Source: Pseudomonadota bacterium (GTDB taxonomy: Bacteria > Pseudomonadota > Alphaproteobacteria > Rhizobiales > MH13). Taken from it: 64,000 nucleotides of DNA. The stretch lies in NCBI GenBank assembly GCA_039024915.1, contig JBCCPK010000008.1, positions 57,587 to 121,586 on the forward strand, in the 5' to 3' direction. Within the stretch, counting starts at the first letter, position 1; every line of letters begins with the position of its first letter. This document shows, piece by piece, positions 39,127-48,413 of this stretch. The translations under genes and the position numbers were made by a program. The notes under the pieces were generated by a model. The model saw nothing but the letters and a program-made list of their open reading frames with translations, did not search any database and was not told where the DNA came from.

Positions 39127-40131
39127 ATGGGTTCCGTAACTTCCCTGTTCGTTCGCAAGATGGTGGCCGGCGCAGAGCCGGGCGTCGATGGGCGATCCTA
39201 TCTGCGGTCCGTCGGTATCGATCCTGACGGTGATTGGGATCCCAAACAGATGATCACGGACGACGCCTATTATGGCTTGCTAGAGGCGATTGCCGACGAA
39301 ATCGATGTAACTGGGCTGCCGGTGAAGGTTGGTCATTCCATGTGCTGCGACGAGTATGGGGCGCTCGGCCTGGCGTGGAAGGCGGCGCCTACGCTTCGGG
39401 GTTCGTACATGCGGGTTGAGCGCTTCGCTCGGATCTGGACGAGTATCGTCGCCTACGAGATTCAACCGTTGGACGATGGAATTGTCTGGATCGAACACCG
39501 TGCCGGGGAACGTCGCCTGGGCATGCGGCTATCGGTCGAAGCGGACATGGCAAGCGCAGTTTCCATTAGCCGCCAGGTATCGCCAGTCCCGTTCCGGCCA
39601 GACGCCGTCTATTTCAAACATGCTGCGCCCAGAACGCTTAAGCATCATGAAGCCTACTTCGAGTGCCCGGTGCATTTTGAAGCGCAGTATGACGGCCTGG
39701 CAATCTCCAATCAGGCGCTCGATCAGCCGAACAAGCTTGGCGATGAAGGCATAACCCGGTTTCTGTTGCCACACCTTGAGGGGGAGCTCTCCGACGTAAA
39801 GGACGAACCAACGCTCGGAGAGATCACCAAGGACGCAATCGCCCGCGCACTGAGCGAGGGTCCGCCCAAGATGGAAGAGATTGCGCGTGGTTTGGGGTTC
39901 AGCGCACGGTCTTTCCACCGTCGCCTCGCCGATCATGGGCTGACCTTCCAAATGCTCGCTGAGGAGACCCGTCGCGAACTGGCTGAAGGGCTGCTGCGCG
40001 ATGAACAATACACTCTGGCGGACGTGGCATTCCTGACAGGGTTCTCCGAGCAGAGCTCCTTCACCCGGGCATTCAAAAAGTGGGTTGGGCACACACCCGC
40101 AAGCTACCGCAAGGCGCAGGCCGGCCTCTGA
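39127..40131 (+). CDS. AraC-family regulator (OruR-like ligand-binding domain)
   Basis: GALGLAWKAAPTL, SARSFHRRL, VAFLTGFSEQSSFTRAFKKWVGHTP. Confidence 0.93.
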   Translation: MGSVTSLFVRKMVAGAEPGVDGRSYLRSVGIDPDGDWDPKQMITDDAYYGLLEAIADEIDVTGLPVKVGHSMCCDEYGALGLAWKAAPTLRGSYMRVERFARIWTSIVAYEIQPLDDGIVWIEHRAGERRLGMRLSVEADMASAVSISRQVSPVPFRPDAVYFKHAAPRTLKHHEAYFECPVHFEAQYDGLAISNQALDQPNKLGDEGITRFLLPHLEGELSDVKDEPTLGEITKDAIARALSEGPPKMEEIARGLGFSARSFHRRLADHGLTFQMLAEETRRELAEGLLRDEQYTLADVAFLTGFSEQSSFTRAFKKWVGHTPASYRKAQAGL

Positions 40132-40140
40132 CATCGCCGT

Positions 40141-40179
40141 TTGGCGATATATGTCAAAACGCTGGCAACACCGGTCAAG
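40141..40179 (+). promoter_or_regulatory. 39-bp element with tandem TGGC-N6-KGTCAA repeats, copy 1 (putative AraC site)
   Basis: TTGGCGATATATGTCAAAACGCTGGCAACACCGGTCAAG; 21-bp internal period; 33/39 identical to 40628-40666. Confidence 0.7.
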
Positions 40180-40246
40180 CCAACGGGCGGGCGCCGATGC
40201 CACCTTTCCCTCGTACTTGAAATCCAAGCCAACGAGGAGAACCTCA

Positions 40247-40534
40247 ATGTCTGCCTACCTAGTTGCGAACATCACTGTAAAGGACGCCAAAAAGATGGAG
40301 GCTTACGCTGCCGCTGCCGGCCCAACCTTGGAAGCCCACGGCGCAGAATTCATCATGAGCGGCAATCTCGCCGATAACCTGTCGGGCAAGTGGCCTGTCG
40401 AAGGTGTCGCCCTTGTCCGGTTTGAAAGCATCGATGCCGCGCGCACCTGGTACAACTCGCCAGAATACACAGCGCTGCGGGACCTGCGTGCATCCGCGGC
40501 TGATATGGATATTGCGCTGTTCAACGCGGCCTAA
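40247..40534 (+). CDS. DUF1330 domain protein
   Basis: SD GAGGAG; MSAYLVANITV, FESIDAARTWYNSPEY. Confidence 0.88.
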   Translation: MSAYLVANITVKDAKKMEAYAAAAGPTLEAHGAEFIMSGNLADNLSGKWPVEGVALVRFESIDAARTWYNSPEYTALRDLRASAADMDIALFNAA

Positions 40535-40573
40535 CACACTGTAATCCTGACAAGTCCCCGAGACGTCTTCAAG

Positions 40574-40602
40574 GGCGGCGCTGATTTCCAGCGCCGCCTT
40601 TT
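40574..40602 (+). terminator. Rho-independent terminator
   Basis: GGCGGCGCTG-ATTTC-CAGCGCCGCC followed by TTTT. Confidence 0.7.
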
Positions 40603-40627
40603 CCTTGTCTGGAATGCTCCGCCGATA

Positions 40628-40666
40628 TTGGCGACGGATGTCAAAACGCTGGCGAAGCCGGTCAAG
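40628..40666 (+). promoter_or_regulatory. 39-bp element, copy 2 (putative AraC site)
   Basis: TTGGCGACGGATGTCAAAACGCTGGCGAAGCCGGTCAAG upstream of the NmrA-like gene. Confidence 0.7.
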
Positions 40667-40735
40667 ATCGTAAAGCGTACCTCCGGCTAACCCTTGGTTG
40701 TCTTTGAAACAACGCAGCAACCAAGGAACACAACC

Positions 40736-41575
40736 ATGATCACTGTCACCGACACCCAACCCATCCTCGTCATCGGCGCCAAGGGCAAAACTGGCTCGCG
40801 CGTCGCCGATCAACTCGAAGCGCGAGGCCTGCCGGTCCGCCGTGGCTCGCGCAGCGCCGACATCTCGTTCGACTGGGACAATGAAGAGACCTGGGCGCCC
40901 GCCCTCGAAGGCATTCAGTCCGCTTATGTGACCTACTTCCCCGACCTTGCCTTCCCCGGCGCTGTCGAAAAGCTCGAAGCGTTCACCGCAACCGCTAAGC
41001 AGATGGGCCTCAAGAAGATCGTTCTGCTCTCGGGGCGCGGCGAGTACCACGCTGGACGCGGCGAAGACGTCATCAAAGCTTCGGGTATCCCCTTCACAGT
41101 GGTCCGCGCCGCTTGGTTCGCGCAGAACTTCTCGGAAGGTTATCTCCGTGACCCAATCCTCGCAGGCATGCTGCCGATGCCGGGCGGCAATATGGTCGAG
41201 CCGATCATCGACGTTGATGACATCGCCGATGTGGTGGTCGCAGCCCTCACCGATGACCGTCATCTGGGCGAGGTCTATGAGCTCACGGGCCCCGAGCTTC
41301 TGACGTTCAACGACATGGCCACGATCCTGACCGAGACGCTCCGTCGGCCCGTTCAGCATCTGCCGATCAGCTTTGAGGACTTCCACGCCAACGTGGCTGA
41401 ATCAGGCGGCGAGTTCGTCGCTGAGGTGTTCACCACCATCGCACGCGAGACCCTGGATGGTCGCAATGCCCACCTCGCAGACGGCGTGCAGCGGGCACTG
41501 GGCCGTGAGCCTCGTAGCTTCGCGCAGTATGCCGCCAAAGCTGCCGCAACGGGCACGTGGACCATCGCTGCCTAG
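40736..41575 (+). CDS. NmrA-like NAD(P)H-binding atypical SDR
   Basis: LVIGAKGKTGSRV, FDWDN, LLSGRGE, RAAWFAQNFSEG, YELTGP. Confidence 0.9.
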   Translation: MITVTDTQPILVIGAKGKTGSRVADQLEARGLPVRRGSRSADISFDWDNEETWAPALEGIQSAYVTYFPDLAFPGAVEKLEAFTATAKQMGLKKIVLLSGRGEYHAGRGEDVIKASGIPFTVVRAAWFAQNFSEGYLRDPILAGMLPMPGGNMVEPIIDVDDIADVVVAALTDDRHLGEVYELTGPELLTFNDMATILTETLRRPVQHLPISFEDFHANVAESGGEFVAEVFTTIARETLDGRNAHLADGVQRALGREPRSFAQYAAKAAATGTWTIAA

Positions 41576-41645
41576 TCGCCTCAATCGTCACGGGGAGGCA
41601 CCAGTCTCCCCGACCCTCTCCCTCAGATCACAAGGACCCATAGCC

Positions 41646-42134
41646 ATGTCTGGACTCTTCCTCTTCATCGCTCAGTTTTCTGTAATCGCCTACGCCATCG
41701 TTGGAGGCATCTTCATCGCCTTCTCAGACTTCATCATGCGCTCGCTCGCCCGGACCTCCGGCACCGGTGGTGTCGAGGCCATGCAGGTCATCAACCGCGA
41801 AGTCTTCCGCTGGGTGTTTATGGTGCTGTTTTTAGGACTTGCGCCAGTCTCGCTCGGCATTGCGCTGTACGGGGTTGTCGCCGTTGGTGGCACCACTGGC
41901 ACCCTACTTGCGGGCGCCGGCCTCACCTACTTCATCGGGTGCTTTGGCGTGACCGTCGCCTTCAACGTGCCGCTTAATGAACGGCTCGCAAAGATGAGCC
42001 TCGCCGATGCCTCAACCAGCATCTTCTGGCAGCAGACCTACGTTCCCCGTTGGACCTGGTGGAACACGGTTCGCGGCATCGCTTGCGTTGTCTCAGCAGC
42101 GCTGATGCTCATGGCGTTGCCCGAGCTTTTCTAA
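41646..42134 (+). CDS. DUF1772 / anthrone oxygenase family membrane protein
   Basis: GGIFIAFSDFIMRSL, AMQVIN, FNVPLN, WTWWNTVR. Confidence 0.88.
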   Translation: MSGLFLFIAQFSVIAYAIVGGIFIAFSDFIMRSLARTSGTGGVEAMQVINREVFRWVFMVLFLGLAPVSLGIALYGVVAVGGTTGTLLAGAGLTYFIGCFGVTVAFNVPLNERLAKMSLADASTSIFWQQTYVPRWTWWNTVRGIACVVSAALMLMALPELF

Positions 42135-42397
42135 CGTGCGCCAAGGCGTCTCGTGGGAGCAAATGGAGCTGCCTCAGGTCCACATCCATATCATGTCCTG
42201 AGGTCACCGGATGCCTGGGCTCAACTGGAACCGGGCCGATTGGAGTTCGCACCAAGTGTGTTGAGCATCACCTCGTCCACCGCTGTTTCAACTCTACAGT
42301 CTCCCACACACAAGGTGACCGATCGCCCAATGCTGATGGCGTCGTTACCCCATTGTGAGCGCATCAGACGTGTTTGAAGGCCTTGAGGGGATGGAAA

Positions 42398-44266
42398 ATG
42401 AACAGCGCCGCGGAGCTTGTTGCGTATACAGACGCTGAGCCTATCTCACCGGCTGAAGCGGCGAAGATGATCCAGCCGGGGCAAACCGTCTTCCTTGGTT
42501 CCGCTTCGGGGACACCGCGGACCGTGCTGACAGCGCTGGAAGCGCGGATGCCGCCGCCGCCAGACGTCACGCTCCTGCACTTCTTGACAAGCGGGGCTTA
42601 TCAAGCTGCCGCTGATCATGCGCAGGAACAGGGTGCGAAGACAGCTTTTCGACATCGCGTTTTCTTTGTCGGATCTGACATCGCCCCGTTCACGTCGACA
42701 GGCAAGGTCGACTACGTCCCCATGCGTTTGTCGGAGGTCCCGCGCCTTCTCGAAAACGGGCGGATTTCGGTTGATGTCGCGATCATTCAGGTCTCGCCGC
42801 CTAATGAAAATGGCTATGTCAGCCTCGGCGTTTCGGTCGACATCACCCGGTCGGTCGTTCGCAACGCGCGAACGGTCATTGCCGAGGTAAACCCGCAAAT
42901 GCCGTTCACTTACGGGGATACGTTCCTTCACATCTCCAATATCGACGCGATGGTTGAGGTCGACCATCCGCTGCCGACGTTCGACCACACCATGGCAGAC
43001 GACGTAGGCAAACGGATCGCCGCCTATGTCGCCGGTGTGATCGAGGATGGTTCGACGATCCAGTTCGGGCTTGGCCGTGTTCCTAATGAGGTGATGCGGC
43101 ACCTTTCCGATCGTCGCGATCTTGGCATCCATACCGACGCCGTCACCGAAGGCATTCTGGACCTGATCGCATCGGGGGCCATTTCCAGCAACGCAAACGC
43201 AACGCACGGCGGTAAGATCGTTGCGAGCTACTGCGTGGGAAGCGAAGCGCTCTACCGCTATGTCGATCGAAATCCACTGTTCCAGTTTTATCCGATCGAA
43301 GAGGTTTGCGATCCTGTCGCTATCGCGGCTCACCCGCGTATGGTTTCAATCACGCAGGCTTTTGCCATCGACCTCACAGGTCAAGCCTGTATCGATCAGC
43401 TTGATGGCGAACTGTATGGAGGGGTCTCAACCCAGCCCGACTTCATGCGCGGAGCGAGCCGCTCACCGGGTGGCAAACCCATCATATGCTTGAGCGCGCT
43501 TGCAGAAGATGGCGTGTCGTCTCGGATCAGACCGCATCTGCAGGCGAACGATGCGGTCGGCATTCCAAGATCCGACGCGCACTATGTGATCACCGAGTAC
43601 GGTATCGCCTACCTGTTCGGTAAGTCGCTTGGCGAACGGGCGCTTGCGTTGATTGAAATCGCCCATCCAGACCACCGGGCCACTCTCCTGGACTATGCAA
43701 AGGAGGCTGGCCTAGTGAGCAAACGGCAGCCCAGCATCCACGCGCGATCATACCCGATTGAAGCGGAGGCCGGGATTACCTTGCGGGATGGCCGTTCGGT
43801 GATGGTTCGTCCGGCCCGTGCGTCAGATGCTGTGGGTTTGCAGACGTTGTTTCATAAATTGCCGGCGGAAGACGTTTACGCTCGCTTCTTTCAGAGACTG
43901 AAAAGCCTCCCCTTGGAGGCCGCCCAGAACCTCTGCAATGTCGACCACACGCGCGATGTTGCTTTTGTCGCGGTAACCGGTCCGCGTGAAGACGAGAGAA
44001 TCGTCGGAAGCGCATGCTACTTTCTGAATGAGACCAGCAACCTCGCTGAAACGGCATTCATTGTCGATCCAAACTGGCAAAGCACCGGCTTGGGGAGGCA
44101 TATGCAAAACAAGCTGCGCTCCCACGCGGAAGCACGCGGCATCAGAGGCTTCATTGCAGAGGTGCTGACCACCAATGAGCGCATGCTTCGCTTGGCGCGA
44201 GCCGCGACACAGGACGTATCGGTGTCGCGGGAAGAGGACTGCTACCACATCACAATGCTGTTTTAG
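42398..44266 (+). CDS. Acetyl-CoA hydrolase/transferase - GNAT fusion
   Basis: DVAIIQVSPP..GYVSLG, GSTIQFGLG, GVSTQPDF, YVITEYGIA, IAHPDHR, then a GNAT domain (VMVRPARASD, YARFF, AETAFIV, STGLG). Confidence 0.88.
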   Translation: MNSAAELVAYTDAEPISPAEAAKMIQPGQTVFLGSASGTPRTVLTALEARMPPPPDVTLLHFLTSGAYQAAADHAQEQGAKTAFRHRVFFVGSDIAPFTSTGKVDYVPMRLSEVPRLLENGRISVDVAIIQVSPPNENGYVSLGVSVDITRSVVRNARTVIAEVNPQMPFTYGDTFLHISNIDAMVEVDHPLPTFDHTMADDVGKRIAAYVAGVIEDGSTIQFGLGRVPNEVMRHLSDRRDLGIHTDAVTEGILDLIASGAISSNANATHGGKIVASYCVGSEALYRYVDRNPLFQFYPIEEVCDPVAIAAHPRMVSITQAFAIDLTGQACIDQLDGELYGGVSTQPDFMRGASRSPGGKPIICLSALAEDGVSSRIRPHLQANDAVGIPRSDAHYVITEYGIAYLFGKSLGERALALIEIAHPDHRATLLDYAKEAGLVSKRQPSIHARSYPIEAEAGITLRDGRSVMVRPARASDAVGLQTLFHKLPAEDVYARFFQRLKSLPLEAAQNLCNVDHTRDVAFVAVTGPREDERIVGSACYFLNETSNLAETAFIVDPNWQSTGLGRHMQNKLRSHAEARGIRGFIAEVLTTNERMLRLARAATQDVSVSREEDCYHITMLF

Positions 44267-44277
44267 CGGAGCGTCCC

Positions 44278-45432
44278 GTGTCCGATCGTCATATGTACAC
44301 ACAGGGCGAAACCATCTTCAGAAAAGGTGACCCCGGAGAAGAGCTTTTCGTGGTTCTGTCGGGGCGAGTCGGCGTGACCGATGTGGATGGAGCTGGACCG
44401 GGTGTCGTCGCCGAGTTCCCTTCGGGTGGCGTTTTTGGCGAAATGGCCGTCATTGACCGACAGCCGCGCTCAGCCACTGCCGTGGCACTAGAGGACAACA
44501 CAAGCCTCATGGTTCTGGATGCTGCACGCTTTGTGTACCTGGTGTCACAACAACCGGGTTTCGCCCTGTTCATCATGGAGACGCTCAGTTCCAGGCAACG
44601 CGGCCAGAAACGCGAGGCGGCCGAGCCTGTTTCGCAGAGCAACGCACCACCAGAAAAGGCCTACGATATCATCCAAGTCGGCAACGCGATTTATCAGTTT
44701 CGCGCACGAGGCCGATCCTGCAACGCATACCTGCTTGATGGTCCCAAGCGATGCGTCCTTGTCGATACGGGCCTGCCACTTTGGGCACCAGCGCTGCACG
44801 AAGCTCTTTCCTCGATAGGCAAGACTGCCTCGGACATCGATCAAATCGTGTGCACCCACGAACATTTCGATCATATCGCGGCGGTCCCATCTTTCGGCGG
44901 AAGGCCCATCGTGTCGGCAAGCAACCTGGCGGCAAACAAAATTCGGCTCAAGGATGAATTTGCAACGATGCAGCGCGCGTTCGCCCAATCTGTCGAGCCG
45001 TTTGCGATCGACGTTGAGTTGACCCCCGGAAGCCGGATTGAAACCGGCCAGCACCGTTTGGCGGTCTATGCCACGCCGGGCCATACATCCGGAGGGATTA
45101 GCCTGTTTGAAGAGGACAGCGGTATCGCGATTGTCGGCGACACCGTGCTGAAGGGTGGCGCTGTAGGCGGGGTTTTTGGCTCAGGTAACACTAGCGATCT
45201 TGTCTTCTCGCTCGATATGCTCGCCGGCCTTCGGCCGCGCTTGCTGCTACCGGGGCATGGGCCCATATCAGACGAGCCCATGAGCGATATCGCTTTGACG
45301 CGAGCGCGGTGTACCGAGCTGCTGGGCGGAAGCCAGAACGTGTTTGAGAAATTGCAAGCGGATGCGACGATCAACCGGGTGATTGGATCGTTCCGCGACA
45401 TGAACCGGCAATGGCTGGGGTTATCGGGCTAG
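44278..45432 (+). CDS. Cyclic-nucleotide-binding domain - MBL-fold hydrolase fusion
   Basis: TIFRKGDPG, FGEMAVIDRQPRSATAVA (phosphate-binding cassette); LVDTG, THEHFDH, TPGHT, VGD, LPGHG. Confidence 0.85.
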   Translation: MSDRHMYTQGETIFRKGDPGEELFVVLSGRVGVTDVDGAGPGVVAEFPSGGVFGEMAVIDRQPRSATAVALEDNTSLMVLDAARFVYLVSQQPGFALFIMETLSSRQRGQKREAAEPVSQSNAPPEKAYDIIQVGNAIYQFRARGRSCNAYLLDGPKRCVLVDTGLPLWAPALHEALSSIGKTASDIDQIVCTHEHFDHIAAVPSFGGRPIVSASNLAANKIRLKDEFATMQRAFAQSVEPFAIDVELTPGSRIETGQHRLAVYATPGHTSGGISLFEEDSGIAIVGDTVLKGGAVGGVFGSGNTSDLVFSLDMLAGLRPRLLLPGHGPISDEPMSDIALTRARCTELLGGSQNVFEKLQADATINRVIGSFRDMNRQWLGLSG

Positions 45433-45481
45433 ACCATTTGTTGACCGAACACCTGGGCTGCCCTCGCTCACCGGGCTAACT

Positions 45482-46135
45482 CTAATTTCCCCCAGACCGG
45501 GCATTTGCTGCAATGCCCGCCGAGAACGTGCCGACCACCGCGCCAACCAGCACGGCGATGTAGATCAGCCCGATCGTCGCTTCGAAGACCGTCAACATCT
45601 TGGTGGCGTCGGATGCCGGCACGATGTCCGCCGCGCCAAGTGTCGTAAGGGTGGCGAAGCTGTAATAAAGGAGATCATAGCGCCCGGAGACACGATCGTG
45701 GGGCGCGAACGCCTGCGGATCAGCCTCGAGAACAAGCCCGAACACCGCTGCAAAAAACATCCCGATGAGGATATAGGTGCACGCTGCAGCGAACACGGTA
45801 TCGAACGTGACGTCCGATAGGCTCCGAACCATGATGTGGAAGTAAAGCGCTGTAGCCGCGGCGAAGCACGCGGCGAACGTTGCGTTTTCGATGAACGCGG
45901 CACCAGGCAGCAACTCCTCCACCGCGATAGCGGCGAGAATGCACACTCCCGCAGCGACAGCCCAAAGCCGAAAGCGCTTTTCGATCAGACCTTGCAACGT
46001 TACCGCGGCGAGCAACGTCAGCGCCAGCAAACCGTCCGTGACCAGATCGCCCACCGTTTCATAAGGCAGGATCGGGACGAGCCAGAAATTAAGGCTGAGG
46101 ATCACGAAGAACCAGACGTTGCTTGATCGGAGCAT
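45482..46135 (-). CDS. Potassium-channel-family (2TM pore) membrane protein with altered filter
   Basis: LLYYSFATLTTLGAADIVP..KMLTVFEATIGLIY; start likely MLRSSNV. Confidence 0.78.
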   Translation of the reverse strand: MLRSSNVWFFVILSLNFWLVPILPYETVGDLVTDGLLALTLLAAVTLQGLIEKRFRLWAVAAGVCILAAIAVEELLPGAAFIENATFAACFAAATALYFHIMVRSLSDVTFDTVFAAACTYILIGMFFAAVFGLVLEADPQAFAPHDRVSGRYDLLYYSFATLTTLGAADIVPASDATKMLTVFEATIGLIYIAVLVGAVVGTFSAGIAANARSGGN

Positions 46136-46259
46136 GTGGCTTTTATCGCTGCTGACACGAGAGCAATGCATCACGCCGCTATCGTGTGATGTCCACAGGG
46201 CAATGGTAACTGGGAAGATCACCAAAGGTGCGTCGTGCGGACACAGAAAACGGCCAAGT

Positions 46260-47723
46260 TCAAGTGACCGTAAACTGGCCCATCATGCCGCAGTCCTCAT
46301 GCTCGAGGATATGACAGTGGTACATGTAGGGCGTATCGACGGTAGCCTCGTGATTGAATGTCACAAGAACCTCAGACCACCCCTCCTCAACGTGGACCAT
46401 ATCTTTCCAACCTTGGGCGTAAGAGGGCGGCTCGGCACCGTGTTGGCTTAAGATCCGGAACGAGCACCCATGGATGTGGAAGGGGTGGAGCTGATCATCG
46501 ACCGAGATGCGCCAAACCTCAGTCTCGCCTTTGCGGACTTCCTCATCGATCCGATCCATGTTCATCGGACGCCCGTTAATAGCCATCGCGCCATTGCCGC
46601 AGATGTTACCCCAAGCCAGCGCGAGGGCCGCAAGGTCGGCGCCGGTATCCATCTGCAGCTCAAATGAGCGCGTGACTGTCGCTTCAGTTGGATCAGGCGG
46701 ACTGAGGTTTGCCAACCGGTTTGGTATTGATCCCTGAAAGCCGGTTTCGCCATTCTGGGTGAGCGTTATCGCGGTCGTCTGGTTCCGGCCACCCAGTAGG
46801 CTTGCGAGAAAACCACCATTACCACCGTCCAGATCAACGACCAGCGCGTTACTTTGGGCCGCCCCCATGTCGACAAGAATTTCATACCGCTCCCCCGGTG
46901 ACATCACAATGCTCGCCGTTTCAACAGTGGAAGCTAGGAAGCCGCCATCTGACGCGATGACGAACAGTGGGCCGCTTTCCATGGACAGCTGGAGAAAACG
47001 CGCGTTACAGGCGTTAAGTATGCGCAGGCGAACGAGACCGTCCGGTACGGCCTGCATAACGGGCGCGATGGCTCCATTGACCACAAGCGTTTCGCCCTGG
47101 AATCCATCTTCAAAAATTTCGCCGGTCAATTGGTAGGCCATTTCCCCAGCACCATTGAAGGCCTTGTCCTGCAGGATGATGGTGAAGTCGTCAGTGCCAT
47201 AGGTTTTCGGCAGGTCGGCAGAAAGGCTCGCCTCGTCTTCGACCAACAAGACCCCGGCAAGCCCATTGTAGGTTTGCCGCGCGGTTTTCCCGTGGGTATG
47301 CGAGTGAAACCAATTCATGGAGGCGCGCTGATCAATAAACACATCAGGTGACCATGTCCCGCCATCTTCAATTTCCTGATGCGGACCACCATCAACGCTG
47401 CCGGGCACGTGCAATCCGTGCCAATGCAAAGCCACGACATCACCAATGGTGTTCGTAACGTCAAGCGGCAGGGTTTGACCCTGCTGGGCGCGGATCACCG
47501 GCCCAAGATAGCTGCTGTTGATCCCGAAGGTCTGGCTGATAGCGCCGTTTCCAAAGTCATGGGTGGAAGGCGCCAACAGAAGGGGGACACGGTTTCCAAT
47601 CCCGTCGACGAGATCGGTCAGTGGCGGCAGCGGAAGCGCACGAGTTGCACCTTGCGCTTGGATTGGACTGGCCACACTCACGCCCAAAGCGGTGCTTCCG
47701 ATCAAGAACTCACGTCGGTTCAT
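46260..47723 (-). CDS. Tat-exported multicopper oxidase (CueO/FtsP family)
   Basis: MNRREFL Tat motif; HWHG, WFHSH, HPFHIHG, HCHILEHEDCGMM copper ligands. Confidence 0.94.
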   Translation of the reverse strand: MNRREFLIGSTALGVSVASPIQAQGATRALPLPPLTDLVDGIGNRVPLLLAPSTHDFGNGAISQTFGINSSYLGPVIRAQQGQTLPLDVTNTIGDVVALHWHGLHVPGSVDGGPHQEIEDGGTWSPDVFIDQRASMNWFHSHTHGKTARQTYNGLAGVLLVEDEASLSADLPKTYGTDDFTIILQDKAFNGAGEMAYQLTGEIFEDGFQGETLVVNGAIAPVMQAVPDGLVRLRILNACNARFLQLSMESGPLFVIASDGGFLASTVETASIVMSPGERYEILVDMGAAQSNALVVDLDGGNGGFLASLLGGRNQTTAITLTQNGETGFQGSIPNRLANLSPPDPTEATVTRSFELQMDTGADLAALALAWGNICGNGAMAINGRPMNMDRIDEEVRKGETEVWRISVDDQLHPFHIHGCSFRILSQHGAEPPSYAQGWKDMVHVEEGWSEVLVTFNHEATVDTPYMYHCHILEHEDCGMMGQFTVT

Positions 47724-47747
47724 GCCATCATCCAGGTTTGCGTTTCA

Positions 47748-47933
47748 TCAAACGTCGATGGTGGTTTGCTTGGCCGCCGACGCGGTCGCGATAAAAGCTG
47801 CAAGGCCGCCTAGCAGAGCGACAAAGGCCAACACTCCAACGACAGCCAGACCAACGCTCGCAAAGAATGCGAAAGCGGCCGCAGCGAGGACCAAACTAGC
47901 GACGGTTAAGGCAGCATGCTTCAAACGGTTCAT
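47748..47933 (-). CDS. Small membrane protein
   Basis: 61 aa hydrophobic ORF with SD-like GGA, tightly packed between the PepSY and MCO genes. Confidence 0.65.
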   Translation of the reverse strand: MNRLKHAALTVASLVLAAAAFAFFASVGLAVVGVLAFVALLGGLAAFIATASAAKQTTIDV

Positions 47934-47973
47934 GAGATTTCATTCCAGAAAGTTTTGTTTCTAAGGGCGCGGC

Positions 47974-48312
47974 TCAACCGTCTGTGTCAGAGCCAGCGAC
48001 AGGGTCATCGGACGGATCGTCGTCTGTCCACTGGTTCAAAATTTCACCGGTCTCGGCATCGACCTTGAATTCGATCTCTTCACCGGCTGCATTGACCACC
48101 TCAATGTCGTAGGCCGCTCGACCCTCAAACTGGTCAAGCTCAGCCTCACCAATTGTCCCCGTTTGCGCTTCCAGGGCGATGGCAATGGCCTCTTCAACGG
48201 AAATGGTGGGCGCTTGCGGTGATGTTTGGGCCAACGCCAGAGGCGCCGACAAAGGCGCTGCAAGCATGCCGAGGGCAAGAGCAAAGGCGAATGGCTTTGA
48301 CGTGGTGATCAT
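47974..48312 (-). CDS. PepSY domain protein
   Basis: Signal peptide; ISVEEAIAIAL..AYDIEV..FKVDAETGEIL; SD GGAG. Confidence 0.9.
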   Translation of the reverse strand: MITTSKPFAFALALGMLAAPLSAPLALAQTSPQAPTISVEEAIAIALEAQTGTIGEAELDQFEGRAAYDIEVVNAAGEEIEFKVDAETGEILNQWTDDDPSDDPVAGSDTDG

Positions 48313-48399
48313 ATCAGGCTCCAGGCTAAGGGGCAGAACACATGCTCCGCCGATAGCGTGAAGCTAATCACCCAACTTTGCCGGTGCCTCGCACCAGCT

Positions 48400-48413
48400 T
48401 TACAGTTTTGTAA
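48400..48413. promoter_or_regulatory. cop-box-like palindrome TTACA-N4-TGTAA overlapping the HK stop codon
   Basis: TTACAGTTTTGTAA is formed by the last HK codons (LTKL*), about 90 nt upstream of pepSY; a related site is at 51738. Confidence 0.6.

Noticed and set aside
9853-41386. Long antisense or alternate-frame ORFs (e.g. 9853..10854, 15410..16675, 32531..33508, 40259..41386)
   Set aside because: They overlap well-supported genes and are expected shadows of GC-rich codon usage.
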